From NCBI RefSeq assembly GCF_018350175.1, contig NC_058372.1:119226001-119290000 (forward strand): a DNA stretch of 64,000 bases, written 5' to 3'. The position numbers and the translations under genes were made by a program. The DNA is from Felis catus (taxonomy: Eukaryota). The notes beneath the pieces were generated by a model. The model was given only the letters and a program-made list of their open reading frames with translations, had not been told where the DNA came from and searched no databases. Positions 25,700 to 39,441 of this stretch are shown here, piece after piece (the first letter of the stretch is position 1; each line of letters opens with the position of its first letter).

Positions 25700-26240
25700 T
25701 TAATTATTACTTCCAGCTCCAAGTTTATGATTTCTGGATGGTATACAATCCTCTCTCAATGTCCAATAGCTTACAGAGTAAATTATAAAGTTAAACACCA
25801 CTAATACACCCTATGTAAAGTAGTGAGATAGAGGGAGATAAAAGAAATGAAAAAGGGAATTATACTATACATGTTTTAAAATTAAGATACTAGGAACATT
25901 ATGTTAAGTGAAATAATCCCCTTTTCTACAATTGATCATGGGGTTGTAGTTGACATATGTCTTTTTTTTTCCCACCACTGATTTCGTCTTCCTTTGCCTT
26001 CAGCCAGTACCTTAGCTGTTAGGTTTATTTACTCAGTGGGGGTGCTTCATTTCTGAGAAAATCGAGCCTTTAGAAATCCTACCTTTATTTGACTAAGTTA
26101 TTTCTTTAACCTTTGCCACTGGTCAAGAGTTCCAACCATATCATTTACTGTGCTCACTACATAGGACAGCCCAGGGTTACTGTTGCAGGAGCAAATATCC
26201 TAACCTCCTTTTTTTTTTTTTTTAGGTTTATTTATTTATT

Positions 26241-26294
<54 letters not shown>

Positions 26295-27100
26295 AGCAGG
26301 GGAGGGGCAGAGAGAGAGGTAGAGAGAGAATCCCAAGCAGGCTCCATCCACACTGTCAGCATGGAGTCTGACATGGGGCTCGATCTCATGACTGTGAGAT
26401 CATGACCTGAGCCAAAATCAAGAGTCAGATGCTTAACCAGCTGAGCCACCCAGGCACCCCCTAATCCCCTTTTATGCCTGGTAGTTTTCAGAGCCCAAAA
26501 TGACCAGATAACAATCTCAGCTTTGAATTAAATGATTACTCACATTTGTTGAAATTAATATGGAAGGATTCTTCTATTGAATGATACATCTCCAAGCTCT
26601 CAAGGGCCACAGTGATTATTATGGGAAGAAGCAATTTTCAAGTGGATGGTCATGGAAGTACCTCTCACATCAGGTGCTTGATAACAAGATGGACACTTAG
26701 GCTCAAGTTTACCTAGTTTCTTAGGTAAAAACTAAGAAACCCTGGTGATTTCTTTTCTCTACTTCACAGTTGCATAACTAACTTTGCTTTTGTAATTTTG
26801 TATTCTTTTTCTAAAGGAAGATCCTGTCCATGAATGTTCCATCTACCTCTTAACATCTTTGCACCTCATTTCTGCTTTATTCATGCATTCTTTCCTAATA
26901 TTGTCTCAATTTTTAGATATTAACATGACATTTGGTTGAATTCTGGCAATTGGTAATGGCTTTCACTATATGGTCACTGAATATACCTACAATGCCTAGG
27001 TTCCTTACATGAAATTCTGGTTCTGTTGGTGTACGATTATATTCTGGTTTTTCAGAAGATAATCTGAAAAACCACTTCAAAGTCAATTTTGGGTAGAAGC
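25700..27100 (-). mobile_element. ERVL internal fragment (decayed)
   Basis: ttctacaattgatcatggg..cttcctttgccttcagccagtacc..ggagcaaatatcctaac resembles the antisense HERVL/MERVL pol 3' region (recalled). Confidence 0.55.
26208..26460 (-). mobile_element. Can-SINE with long (GA)n
   Basis: Antisense full-length. Confidence 0.93.
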
Positions 27101-27519
27101 ACAATTACCATTTCCCTTTCTCTGGTTTCCTAAGTTCCTCCATGATTCACAGCCCTGCCTCTCAGATGGGGCAAACTGTTCCTCCCTATTCTACAACCGT
27201 AGCCACTCAGATAGACTCATTTTATGTTCTCTGTTGTTCACAGAGAAATCATGAAGTTACAGAAATACGAGTGAAGATGTGAAGCGCTGTGCTTCGGGGG
27301 TGTAAAAGGTAGCATTATGTTAAAATGAGATGCATCTCAAGGCTTTCTGCACTTACAGTGGCGGTGTGGACAGGAGAGGTTGGTTCACTCAGGCAGGACA
27401 CCAGAACCACTGCTGGTATAGAGGTTTTCTATGGGCAAGGTGGTGGGGGGTTGAGAGTGGCTTGCACATGATGATGAATAAAAAGGAAGCTACTAAAGGT
27501 CCAAGTTTTCAAAATTGTG

Positions 27520-28419
27520 TTTTGCAAAAGAAAGTTTTTATTTGGAAATAATTTTAAACCCGCAGAGAAGTTGTGCAAAGTTGTACAAAGCACACTTACG
27601 TACTCTTTATCTGGGTTCACCTAGGAAAATTTTGCCCCGTTTGCTTTGACATTTGCTCTCTCTCTCTCCATCTTTGTCGATATGAGAATATAATTTTCTT
27701 CCTGAACCATCTCAGAGTAAGTTGTATACATCACGGCCCATTAGCCCTAAACATCTCAGTAATTTAATACTGACACAAAACTTTTACCGTCTACCACTCA
27801 TATTTCCATTTTTCAATTGGCCCAGTAATACATTCCATTCTAAAACCACACATTTCCTTTAGTTGTCTTGCCCTTCAGTCTTCTTTATTCTGGAAAGGTT
27901 CTTCAGTCTTTTATGACACAAACATTTTTGAAGACTATAACCTTCCCTCCTCCTGCCTTTCAAAAATAGAATGTTTCTCAACTTGTTATTATTTGAAATT
28001 TCTTCATGATTAGATTCTGGTTATGCATTCCTGACTGGAGTACCATATACATCTTATCGTGTGCCTCTCAGAATATCTCTCCAGAGGTATATGTGGCCAT
28101 GTCCTCCTCAATAGACATCATTAGTGATGTTGATTTGATTACCCAGTCAAGGTTTTATTTGGTTTCTTCACTGGATAGCTACTATTTTTATTTCTCTTGC
28201 AACTAATAAGGAGTCAGTAGGAGATGACATTTTATACCATATAAATACCAGATTCTCATCAAAATTCTTCTCCCCTATTCTAAGATTTAGCATCAATAGA
28301 TGATTCTTGCTTTAGTCAATATTAATGTGATGCTTCCACAATTATGATGTTCCAGCTCTAGCACTTTCTCTCTCTATGTCAGTTGTGCTTGGTATTCTAC
28401 TGTAAGGAAGAGCCCTTCT

Positions 28420-28495
<76 letters not shown>

Positions 28496-28640
28496 ATTAG
28501 CATGGCTTTATAGTTTCCCTTTCCCCACACAACACACCCATTTACAACCTTTTATTCTCCCTCATTATTTTGGCATGCAAATTATCCAAATTTGACTAGT
28601 GGGAGTCTATTCAAGTTAGCAAAGGTATCTTTATAAAATG
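27520..28640 (-). mobile_element. L1MC-type 3' UTR
   Basis: ttttatttggaaataattttaaacccgcagagaagttg.. typical of L1MC antisense. Confidence 0.7.
28423..28496. repeat. (TATC)n microsatellite
   Basis: Direct reading. Confidence 0.95.
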
Positions 28641-29533
28641 CCAACATTAAAAAAAATCTCTGTCTTAGTTTCTGATATAAAAATATATTCCAGTTTATTC
28701 CTATACCTTCCCTGTCCCATCACTTGGATGAACCATGTTTTTTTGAAGCTCTATTTTATTTTACTGGTGAAAAGTATTAAGCACAAAGATGTGGGTCTTA
28801 GGAGTACTCGTTACTTCTCAAGGGTCTTTGCTTCTATGGAAGGACACATTTTAAGACCTTCTATAGGACTGAAATCTGTTATTCTAAGGTCTGAGTATGA
28901 AGACCTGAAGAAGGGCTCAGGGTTTTTTTGTTTTTTGTTTTTTTTTTTTTTGTTTTTTGTTTTGCACAGTAGAAGCATTACTTGGACACCAATGAAATGG
29001 CGGGGGGGGGGGGATGGTTAAAGGTTGGGGAGGATATTATCTTTTACATAGACACTCAGACTTTCAGGTAGGGCATCATCTATGGTGGCAATGGTAAAAT
29101 TCCTTTAGTCAGATTGAGAATAAAATAAGAGATCTGGTAGACTTTATCAGGATAGCTGAGGAGGAAGAAGAAAATACAGAGCATGTCAAATGGAGATTTT
29201 ATTGGGTAGACTAACTTGTGAGTACATGGATGCACTCAAGTGGGGAATCCCAGGAGTAAAGATGGGACATAGATTTATGCCATCAAACCAGTGAGGGCCT
29301 AAGTAAAGAATTAAACTGAGAAACAAAAGGAAAAATGAATTGACTTAAAACACCCAGAATGGCAAAGCCTGAAAACACCATGGGTGTATACCCCCGCCTC
29401 CCACACCCCCACACCGACATACCCCTGTACACAAACACTTAAAATTTACAGACTAGTGAATTCTACTACCTGGAGAGTACAGATAAGTAGATAAAAGGTA
29501 TACACACCTATATGTATACATATAGCTTTTTCT

Positions 29534-29754
29534 TTTTTTTTTTTAATTTTTTTAACCTTTATTGATTTTTGAGACAGAGAGAGAGAGCATGAATGGGGGA
29601 GGTTCAGAGAGAGATGGAGACACAGAATCTGGAACAGGCTCCAGGCTCTGAGCTGTCAGCCCAGAGCCCGATGTGGGGCTCAAACTCACAGGCTGTGAGA
29701 TCATGATCTGAGCCGAAGTTGGATGCTCAACCTACTGAGCCACCCAGGCGCCCC
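29534..29754 (-). mobile_element. Can-SINE
   Basis: TSD catatagctttttct. Confidence 0.95.
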
Positions 29755-30162
29755 ATGCATATAGCTTTTTCTAGGATCCTTCACTTTCAACAGAGGTCAG
29801 ACCTATGATATGGGATACATGGCAATACAAATACTCCACTCTCTAGTTCAAACATTAAGATTTAGATGCAAGATTATACCTTTTCATGATTAAATAAAGT
29901 AAAAATTAATTATTCACTGTTATTTGGTGAGATCTGCAAACTGTTTTAAGACTGTGTGTCTCAGGATTAAAAGAAAAACTCTCAGATACCTAAAGAAAGA
30001 AACTTATTGTCTATTTGAACTTTGGGTAACTTTGCTTGAATCCATTCCTGCCAGAGATGTGACTAATCTACAAATTAGATCCAGTGTACTCCAGGGAGTG
30101 CCTAGTTCTCTGTGCTAGTTGTACAACTATACTATTTTGTTTAAGAATGGGGAGGTGAAGGT

Positions 30163-30238
30163 CTAGAGGAATTATTGTTTACTTTAATCAATCTTATCAT
30201 CTAGGGGAATTATTGTTTATTTCAAACAATCTTATCGA
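30163..30238. repeat. 38-bp tandem duplication upstream of TAAR9
   Basis: ctagaggaattattgtttactttaatcaatcttatcat / ctaggggaattattgtttatttcaaacaatcttatcga. Confidence 0.9.
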
Positions 30239-30465
30239 ATTTAGACATCTGACACTAGCTATTAGTCTGGAAAATACTTACACACAAATTATATTAGTAT
30301 CACTTTCTAAGAATAGTTCTGCAAATCATCTCAAGCTGTCCAAACCATGAGTAAATAAAAAAGAAAAAAAAACCACACCCAAACTCTGAAAATATAACCA
30401 ATAGAAGAAGCGTGTTACCTAAGTAAGTTTAGCAAGCTATTATGAACAAATGTTTCCTCGGTCTT

Positions 30466-30489
30466 CACATGCTATACTATAGGGATTTT
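30466..30489 (+). promoter_or_regulatory. Shared TAAR upstream motif, copy 1 (TAAR9)
   Basis: CACATGCTATACTATAGGGATTTT, 19/24 identical to the TAAR6 copy, about 580-600 bp upstream of the ATG. Confidence 0.65.
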
Positions 30490-31064
30490 GAGGTCATAAT
30501 TTGAAGACGTAATTTATTTTTCCCTTCTTGAAAAAATGGAGTATAGCTTGTCATTACTGCTGAAGTAGCTACTCAGGGGAGATAACTTAGTGAATATAAC
30601 TCAACCTTTGGTAGCCTAATTATTTCTCAACTCAGGTGGTTACAGGTGAAATTTCCGAAGGTAAAGTCACACAAAAAAGGGGATTTTTCTAATGATGAGC
30701 CAATTACATTTTAATATATATTAATCTATTATTATCTGATATCAATCTAATACCTAAGATGTACATATATATCGTTGGACTAAATGTATTGCCAATTATT
30801 TGTTTTGTACTATACTTGACTATAATTTAATGGCTTTCTGAAACAAGTTCCCACTCTAAATATATTAAAAACATGGGGATACTTTTTAGAAAGATCAAGG
30901 GGTGGTAGTTAACATGCCAAAAAAAAAAAAGGTAGAAAATTACTAGCCTCCATTTTAACCGGATATTTTCCCCCTCCTAGACACTCTTGAAATTAACCTC
31001 TTCTTGTTTTAAATCGTTTAAATAGGGAATTTGACAACTTTAAAGTAATTCAAACCACAGGGCA

Positions 31065-32111
31065 ATGGTGAACAATTCCGCCCAAGCTGCAGCTGTGGAA
31101 CTTTGCTATGAGAATGTGAATGGATCCTGCATTAAAACCTCGTACTCACCGGGTCCTCGAGCAATTCTGTACACAGTCCTTGGTTTTGGGGCTGTGCTGG
31201 CCATGTTTGGAAACTTACTGGTTATTATTGCTATCCTTCACTTCAAACAGCTGCACACACCTACAAACTTTCTGATCGTGTCCCTGGCCTGCGCTGACTT
31301 CTTGGTGGGGGTGACTGTCATGCCCTTCAGCACAGTGAGGTCTGTGGAGAGCTGCTGGTACTTCGGGGAGAGTTACTGTAAATTTCATACATGTTTTGAT
31401 ACTTCCTTCTGTTTTGCCTCTTTATTTCATTTATGCTGTATCTCCGTTGATAGATACATTGCTGTAACTGATCCTCTGACTTATCCAACCAAGTTTACTG
31501 TCTTGGTATCAGGCATATGCATTGTTCTCTCTTGGTTCTTTTCCATCACCTATAGCTTTTCCATCTTCTACACTGGGGCCAATGAGGAAGGAATCGAGGA
31601 CTTGGTTGTTGCTCTCACCTGTGTAGGAGGGTGTCAGGCGCCACTGAATCAAAATTGGGTTCTACTTTGTTTTCTTCTATTCTTTATACCCACTGTCGCC
31701 ATGGTGTTTTTATATGGTAAGATATTTTTGGTGGCCAAACATCAGGCTAGGAAGATAGAAAGTTCAGCCAGCCATCCTCAGTCTTCCTCAGAGAGTTACA
31801 AAGAACGGGTAGCAAAGAGAGAGAGAAAAGCTGCTAAAACATTGGGTATTGCTATGACAGCATTTCTTGTCTCTTGGCTGCCATACATTATTGATGCCGT
31901 GATTGATGCTTACATGAATTTTATAACTCCTCCTTATGTTTATGAGATTTTAGTGTGGTGTGTTTATTATAACTCAGCTATGAATCCCTTGATATATGCT
32001 TTCTTTTACCCATGGTTTCGGAAGGCAATAAAACTTATCATAAGTGGTAAAGTCTTAAGGAGAGATTCGTCAACAATCAATTTGTTTTCTGAGGAAGCAG
32101 ATATAGAGTGA
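31065..32111 (+). CDS. TAAR9: Trace amine-associated receptor 9 (348 aa, class A GPCR)
   Basis: Intact 7TM ORF starting [22 protein letters not shown], with DRY, CWYFG, D3.32 (CFDTSF), SWLPY and NSAMNPLIY. It closely matches the recalled human TAAR9 at the same length. K61, the site of the human nonsense polymorphism, is an intact AAA (31245-31247). Confidence 0.97.
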   Translation: MVNNSAQAAAVELCYENVNGSCIKTSYSPGPRAILYTVLGFGAVLAMFGNLLVIIAILHFKQLHTPTNFLIVSLACADFLVGVTVMPFSTVRSVESCWYFGESYCKFHTCFDTSFCFASLFHLCCISVDRYIAVTDPLTYPTKFTVLVSGICIVLSWFFSITYSFSIFYTGANEEGIEDLVVALTCVGGCQAPLNQNWVLLCFLLFFIPTVAMVFLYGKIFLVAKHQARKIESSASHPQSSSESYKERVAKRERKAAKTLGIAMTAFLVSWLPYIIDAVIDAYMNFITPPYVYEILVWCVYYNSAMNPLIYAFFYPWFRKAIKLIISGKVLRRDSSTINLFSEEADIE

Positions 32112-32539
32112 CAAGATGGCTGCAGGGATTTGGAAACTAACATGGAATTAAGGTCAAGTGTGAAATTAAGCACTTCAATCAACAGAGGCAAGTGTAATCA
32201 TCTGCCAAGTGGGAGGATATTATATTCAACATTTAGTTGTTCTAAAGCATTTGTTGTCCTTATGTACTTCAGCATTTTTTTTTTTGAATTTTGTTATAGG
32301 CCAAAAAAAAAAAAATCCTGATTACTTCCTATTTAGTATTCTTAGTTTTCCTCTATGGGTTTCTAATTTCTATGGTAATTTCTAACATCTTCTCTGAATT
32401 TCCTACTTGTTTCTTCAAACAATTTGAAGCTTTGTAGTTTCTCCCACATTCATTACCAATGTTCAGTTGTCCAAAAAACAGAGAAGCAAAAGAAGAGTTT
32501 CTGCCTAACTTGTAAGTTAGATGCTTTAGGGACAAAAAT

Positions 32540-32730
32540 CTTTTTTTTTTCTTTTAAAGTTTATTTATTATTTACTTAGAGAGAGAGCGTGCTGGGGAGG
32601 GGCAGAGATAAAAAGGAGAGAGAATCTCAATCAGGCTCCACGCTGTGAGAGGGAGCCCCATGCAGGACTCATGACCTGAGCTGAAACCAAGAGTCAGATG
32701 CTTAACCCAACTGAGCCACCCAGGCACCCT
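32540..32730 (-). mobile_element. Can-SINE
   Basis: Antisense body with an internal deletion. Confidence 0.9.
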
Positions 32731-33274
32731 GGGGCCAAAATCCTCTTTAAAATATACTTTGTTTGAAAAGTAAATACAAGATTAAAATTCTTGGAACTTT
32801 TTTTAGTCTAAAAGGACTTTGTAGAGAGTTGAAATATGGAACTTCCTAGTCACTGAACATTGTGCAAAAAACCCTGGAACTCCTGTGTTTTCTGAACGCT
32901 GACAGTGCTTTGTCTCCATTTCACAGAGGCTGCCTTCACAAAAAGCGTGTGTGATGATTATGTGATTACACACTACATCTTACTTTTGGGTAACATAATT
33001 TACTACAATCAAAAAGCAGATGAACAAAAGATGGTTTCTGGACTTCTTGTTTAGAAATTTGGAGTAAAATATGTATAATTTTCACATTCACCAATGTGTG
33101 ACTTTTGAGTCCTTTCTTTGCACCAGACACTGTATTTGACATTGGAAATATAAAGCTGAGTGACCCAAATACAACCAAGTATTATTTTGGAATAGCTAAC
33201 ACCCAAACTGGCCTTATACACTTTAGGAAGAGCTCCAGTTTTCTCATATGATATCTTGTCTTAGCCACATGAAT

Positions 33275-33507
33275 TTTTAAAAATATATGTTTATTTATTT
33301 TTGAGAAAGAGAGGGAGACAGAGAGAGACAGAGACAGAGTGCGAGTGGGGGAGGGGCAGAGAGAGAGGGAGACACAGAATCCGAAGCAGGCTCCAGGCTC
33401 CGAGCTGTCAGCCCAGAGGCTGGCGGGGGACTCGGACCCACGAACAGTGAGATCATGACCTGAGCTGAGGTCGGACGCTTAACTGACTGAGCCACCCAGA
33501 TGCCCCT
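33275..33507 (-). mobile_element. Can-SINE
   Basis: TSD ttagccacatgaatttt. Confidence 0.95.
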
Positions 33508-35574
33508 TAGCCACATGAATTTTAATTCATTTTAACTAAAAGAATATATGTTGACTATTTTAAGGTAGAGTTAAAATTTGAAAGAAACTAATAATAGGGT
33601 GATTCGTCTTCTCAAATCTTTGATTCACAGCCTTAAATCTTTGCTTATTTTCACAGACTGTTCTTTACAAATCTGTTTTATGAAATGAAAAGAAGAGATA
33701 GCTAAGTAAACAGAGGTACATAAACTTTACATGTTACAGATTTTGTAAATAAATTTGTTTGGAAATATTTTATATGAAATTAAGCTGTTTCATATTGGTA
33801 TGTTAATATCTTTCAGACAGAGCTCAGAGAATTTGGGGGGAAGTTAAAGATAACTTAAAGAGGATGAAAGGAATATGAATGAATGCCTTTGTAGCATAGT
33901 ACCTGTTTGTGATTGAGACGGTAAAGTCAAGGAACAGGTGTATTGACCACCTTTCAAAGGCTCACAGCTCAGGTGCCCCGCCCTCATTCCTTCCCTTTGA
34001 TGGTGAGTCAGGAATGTTGTCTTCATAGAAACGTGTCCTTCTCTCAAGTACAAGTGTAAACTTACACTGACACTCATAAGCAATAAGAAAAATCAATCAG
34101 GGAGGCTTAAAAATATATACTAGACTTCTGGTCACTCGCACTAGGTAGAGTGTAATCTTTAGATAAAATTGCAGAAATTCTGTCCAGTGATGTTTTGAAG
34201 CTGTTGTACATATCGGTAAATGGAGAATAATACTTCAAATGTGCTCTCTCTTGTTTATTTTTCTATTCTTCTTGTAGGAAGCTTTTTATAAAAAAATAAT
34301 ACTGGCTTATTTTCCCCCAAATGAACTAGACCATTGCTATAGCATTACTCCCCTCCTCTACACCTCAATTATTTATACAAGTAAGCTATTAATTTATTGG
34401 CTAGCTGCATACCAAACGGCATCAGGGCCATCGATCCATTTGAAACAAGACACATTGGAGATGGGAAACAGGCTTCATTCTGCAAGACTGTCCTCAGAGT
34501 AAAACCTGACCTTGACACTTGTTCCTGAGCTGCGTCTCTTAATCCTAATGAGCTCTGGTTCCCAAGTTGTCTGCTTCAGCCAACGGGAGGCAGCAGAACT
34601 CTTGCAAAGAACTAATTAGACCACTTATGCCCCATGTTGTAGGGTACATAAATACAATGTATGTACTACTATTTAAAATACGTGTTTATTTTTAATTCAT
34701 AAACTAAAAATTCACATAAAAGCCTTACTGAATCCATAATAGCTTTTGTCCACATGTATTTTTCTCAATTTAGTAAATCCTGAAAGTACGGCTGCTACAT
34801 TGTATAAGGTTTTGTATAATTAAAAAAAGAAAAAAGTTGAAATGGAGAGCTCAGACATTGAAAGTCACAGAACAATAGCTGCGGTTCAGATGATCATCAA
34901 TTAGGACATCAGGAATAAATGAGGAAATGCTGTGACAACAGTGCCCAGTTGCACTGCTGGCTCTCTGAAAGCACCTAGTCCTGGTCTACGCTGTCTTTGT
35001 AATGTGTTATTGATGGATTATTCACAGCCCTGCCACTTACTGATAAAGTTGCCCTAAACCCACCCAACATGATATTTTCTGATTAGAAATCAGAGCTCAT
35101 GCAGGAATAACTGCAGCGTTCTGTGGAATGAACCACTTAGCTGGTTCAGAAAATGACGTAAGGTCAAAATAAACCCTTCATGGAGAATAACTTCTCTAAG
35201 TGTATTCATAAGAGTCAAGGAAGGCAGAAATTTAAAAATCTGAATCAAAAACTACATATATCTACATAAATAAAAGGACATGTGTATAAACTGCTTACCT
35301 TGCTTTCCTATTATGTGGATTATGAGGAGTATTTTGTTTTTCTTGCTACTATTAGTCATAGGAATAATTAATGAGGAAACCAGCTCTGCAGAAATTATGT
35401 GCACTAAATGCTGGAGCTACGTATTTAGACCTCTGTCTGTCAGCCTTCAAAGCCATTGCTTTCCTACCATTGTGACCCAGCCAGAAAAACCAACAATATT
35501 TCTCAGAAATGAAAACGCATGAACTATCTTCCCAAGCATTGCTTGGGTGCTGACATATTTATTGTGTTCAAACA

Positions 35575-35575
35575 T

Positions 35576-35611
<36 letters not shown>
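35575..35611. repeat. (CA)n microsatellite
   Basis: Direct reading. Confidence 0.95.
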
Positions 35612-35613
<2 letters not shown>

Positions 35614-37214
35614 CAAATGTAAAGATAAGCCCTCAACTATGTCTCATGCCAAAGGACAAATTTCATTAGCTTCTGAGGTCTGTACTAAGCTAAGGAGTAT
35701 AGACCATTTCAAAGGTAAGAACGGATAAGATCCTTGTTATGACTCATCCTGGTTGCATTTATGGGACAGGCAAATTCCACTTGAGTCCCCAGCCTGCCCT
35801 GCCTCTACTTTCTACTATCTCCTAGGAGCTCCCTTTCACTGCTGGCTGGGAACAACTATTTGTGCTGTGTCCTTTCCCACCAGTAATTTGAGCTCCTAAG
35901 CAATAACCATTGGCTAAATTAATTTAATTGTTCATATTCGAGCATTCACAATAAAACATACTATTCTCAGAGTTTCCCTTTTGAGTGGATGAAGGCCCAA
36001 GAGACACTTTAGGGGACATTCAGAGAGAAGTACTTTAGAAAAAGAATAAAAGGCTAATGAAGAGTGAAGTTCAGGTAGAATAACTTTTTGGTGTCCTTCA
36101 ATTAATGTAATTAGTCAAAACAAAAGTCTTCCTATTGAGAAGATTTTCATCCCTGGGCCAACGCAAGTCTGTAAGGCCACTGCTGTCTATTTTTGGTTTG
36201 CACCCACAGACTGAGACAGCTTATCCATAAACCATGCTAGGTCTTTTCATCCTCTTCAGTCTGCTGAAATGTGAGACGGAAGGGACACTGGTGCAACTGT
36301 GGTGGGTGACATGGGCTCCAGGCTCATGCTGTCCGGCTTTGCTCCTTCTTGGTTCCGGGTGTATAGTTTCCATTTCACCAAGAATTTGCCAGACCCACCC
36401 AACTTTATGACTCTGAAGATTCAAGAAGACCTACATAATCATGGCTAGTAAGACACAGATGATCACTTGGTATCACAATGTCAAGTGTCACATCACTATT
36501 TGGCCTCTATAGCACCCAAAGAGCCATCTTTCAAAAGGTGTTTTATCCTTCGCTGTAAATAGCATAGCCTTGCTCAGAACCCCAGAGGAGTGCATTATAT
36601 TTCTCCCACTGAAAACTTCCATAAAATCTAAACTGCATTTTTTTTTTTTTTTTTACCATTATGAACACCTCTAGCACCACTAGGCCACTAAATTGCATGG
36701 CAATTAACTGTAGCCCAGACCCAGACTCCAACCCCTATACAAATCTGGGATTTTTGTTTTTGTTACTCAGTATATGGACCCGAACAGTTTTCCTAAGGGT
36801 GGAATAAGTTGTTTTGGATCCCGAAGAGGTCTACCAGGTAATGTGCTTCCTTCTTTGCCGTAGAAAACACAAAATTGTGCGCCATCCAATCCGAACCTAA
36901 CCCATCATCTTTCCTCACCAAATGTCATCTTTCTTCTACACACTGTATCTTTCCTGTTGGCAAGTTAAAAATCTGGGAGTCATCCGTGTTTCCTGCCTCC
37001 ATCATACATCCCTGGGGCCCTACATTCTTTCAGCCTTTCAGTTGTGTGTTTCACATTTTCGGTAAGCAGGGAGGCAAAGTTACTGAATTACAGTGGGATG
37101 GAATCAAGTCAGGTTTGAGAATATAAAGAGAAGATAAGATAGTATCACCGAGAAGAATTTGGTGGATGATCAGTTGAATAATTGTTTTCATGTCACACCT
37201 TTAATATCTGTTCT

Positions 37215-37448
37215 GTTCTTATTCCAATATATTTTATTTATTTATTTATCTATTTATCTATTTATTTACTTTTGAGACAGAGAGAGCAAGTGGGGGAGGG
37301 ACAGAGAGAGAAGGAGAGAGAGAATCCCACAGAGGCTCTGTGCTGTCGGTGTGGAACCTGGGCTCCATCCCAACCAAGCGTGAGATCGTGACCCAGACCA
37401 AAACCGTGAGTCAAACTCTCAACAAACTGAGCCACGCAGGAGTCCCCC
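37215..37448 (-). mobile_element. Can-SINE
   Basis: Antisense body with (TATC/TATT) tail. Confidence 0.9.
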
Positions 37449-37814
37449 AATATACTATATCCTAAGTGACAGATCGTATTTGTGTTTTCCAAGTCTTAAA
37501 TATATTGTTGTGGAGGACAGAAGTGTTTAGCACTTCTTATTTGCCTTATAAGATCAAAGGTAGCTTATTTCCTCAGACCCGCAATCTTTTTATGTAGCTT
37601 TCAGTATCTTCAATTTCCTACTTGAGCTCCCTAAATTCCTGTTAATATTGCAAGGGCACCATCTGTGTCAGGAAAGGCTGCTACTATTGGAACTCCCTGG
37701 CTCTCAGCTCCTGCACCTTCCCATCTGGCAGTTTCACTGTCACCCCCGTTGGATTTTCTTTGCTTCATCATTTAATTGCTATTGCAGAACTCATTTAATC
37801 TCTGAAATGAAATA

Positions 37815-38660
37815 GGCAGGGCCCTTCTTTGGGCTCATGAACAGCCCAGTGGCACAGAACTCTGCTATTGGGGTTTGATGCCTGTTTTTGTCATCTTGAA
37901 ATGTTTAAAAATTTTATCTTTGACTTGGAGTTTGCATGTAAAGTCCTAAGACACAACAGAGCATGCATGGGGGGCTTGGAACCCTCAAAACACATTGCAT
38001 GCGATTATCCTGCATTATACAACTTCCCCTGCTCCCTTGGACTAGTTCTTGGCCACCTGTCCCCCAGCCCCTCCACCACCGGCACCTTCAACTTGGTCCA
38101 GCCTCCCCTTCCTCACCCTGACCTACTAAGACTGCCCTCTTGGAGGACCGGATACAGGGCAGGGAGGGTTCAAGCAAGATGGCGCTCTATGGTCTTAGGG
38201 TAAGTCATGGCAGTTGTTATCCTATCCAGGCTGGTAGGTCCACAGCACATTAGAAGGGTGACACAGCAAGTGCAATCCTTTTACCCACCCTCAGCCCACG
38301 TTTTGAGTGGGGCCCAATGTGGAGGTTACAATCCCGAGGGTGTCAGCAATCTGCCTTTGGTTGAGGTGGCAGGCCCAGGGGAAGGGCAGATGCCTTCCTC
38401 GGCTTCCTAGACCCCCCAGTCTGGGCACGCATATTGTTTCAGCAGTTGGTGGGAGGGGAAAACTGGCAATGGGTGGGCCAGGTGTACTGAGTCCTAGGGC
38501 AGGGTCTCCAGGCATCTGTGGGGGTCTGCACTTGCCTTGCAAACACCTCCATATCTGAGGAAGTGGGACATGATAAATAAAAATCAAACATCATAGCAGC
38601 TCAAGAAAGACTGCAGAAAAAACGAAAAAGCTTTATACTCAAGGGCACTTTTGTCCATAT
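37815..38660. mobile_element. MER45-like hAT-Tip100 element
   Basis: Begins caggg(c)cc and contains ggtttgatgc..gtcatcttgaaat..ttt typical of the MER45 family (recalled). The right boundary is uncertain. Confidence 0.5.
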
Positions 38661-38899
38661 TGTTGAAAAAAGATCTCCATGTTTTTATTTTGTCCTGGTT
38701 TCTACAAATTATGCAGCCACTCTTGTAAATAGGTAATATACTGCCAAGTACTGGATGAGGCTATTTTGGGACAGTTGAACTTAAAGAAATCTCTTGGTTA
38801 CGAAAATCACGTCTTTCTGCGACATAATAGAACACCGAGTAATACATTCTGCAGAAAAACTTAACTAATTATAATTAGCAAAAGTTTCCTTTCTGGATT

Positions 38900-38923
38900 C
38901 ACACCTTACACTGTAGGGATTCC
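38900..38923 (+). promoter_or_regulatory. Shared TAAR upstream motif, copy 2 (TAAR8)
   Basis: CACACCTTACACTGTAGGGATTCC, about 520-540 bp upstream of the ATG, with a double TAATTA about 30 bp upstream. Confidence 0.75.
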
Positions 38924-39441
38924 TAGTGAGGATTTATAATGGGTGAAGTTTATTGGCTGGCTTCCTAAAACATTCTAGGTGTTAACTTCTCAGACAATGT
39001 GAAGGTGGAAGTCTATTAAAAGGCGACTTTTCAAATATGTAATTATATTATATGTGATTATTCGTTGCAAGGAAGGACCTCACAGGTATAAAGAATCAGG
39101 AATTTAAATTGCATTTCTTTAATTTTTCAGATACTATGGATTTGGGCTTGATGAAAATTCATAATAGATTAGCTTGGAATTCAGTATCTATGAGCTTTAG
39201 ATGTAATTACAGAAATAATTGCATGCTTTAAAGTCAGAAAGGATGCATTTCTGAGTTTTGAAATTCTTTTAACTTCTCCTTATACTTAAAATGGGGAAAG
39301 GATAGAATAGGAGGCAATACTTAAAAGCAATTGCTCAAATATGCGATTTGATTTTTTTGTTTTTAATTCTCAGAACTGAAAAACTTTATTTCCTACTGCA
39401 AGGAAGGGCAGAAAGACAGCAGGCATCAACCTGCAGAATCC

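Noticed and set aside
28638-29021. 127-aa ORF
   Set aside because: Spans an L1 end and a T-rich simple repeat; no homology or codon structure.
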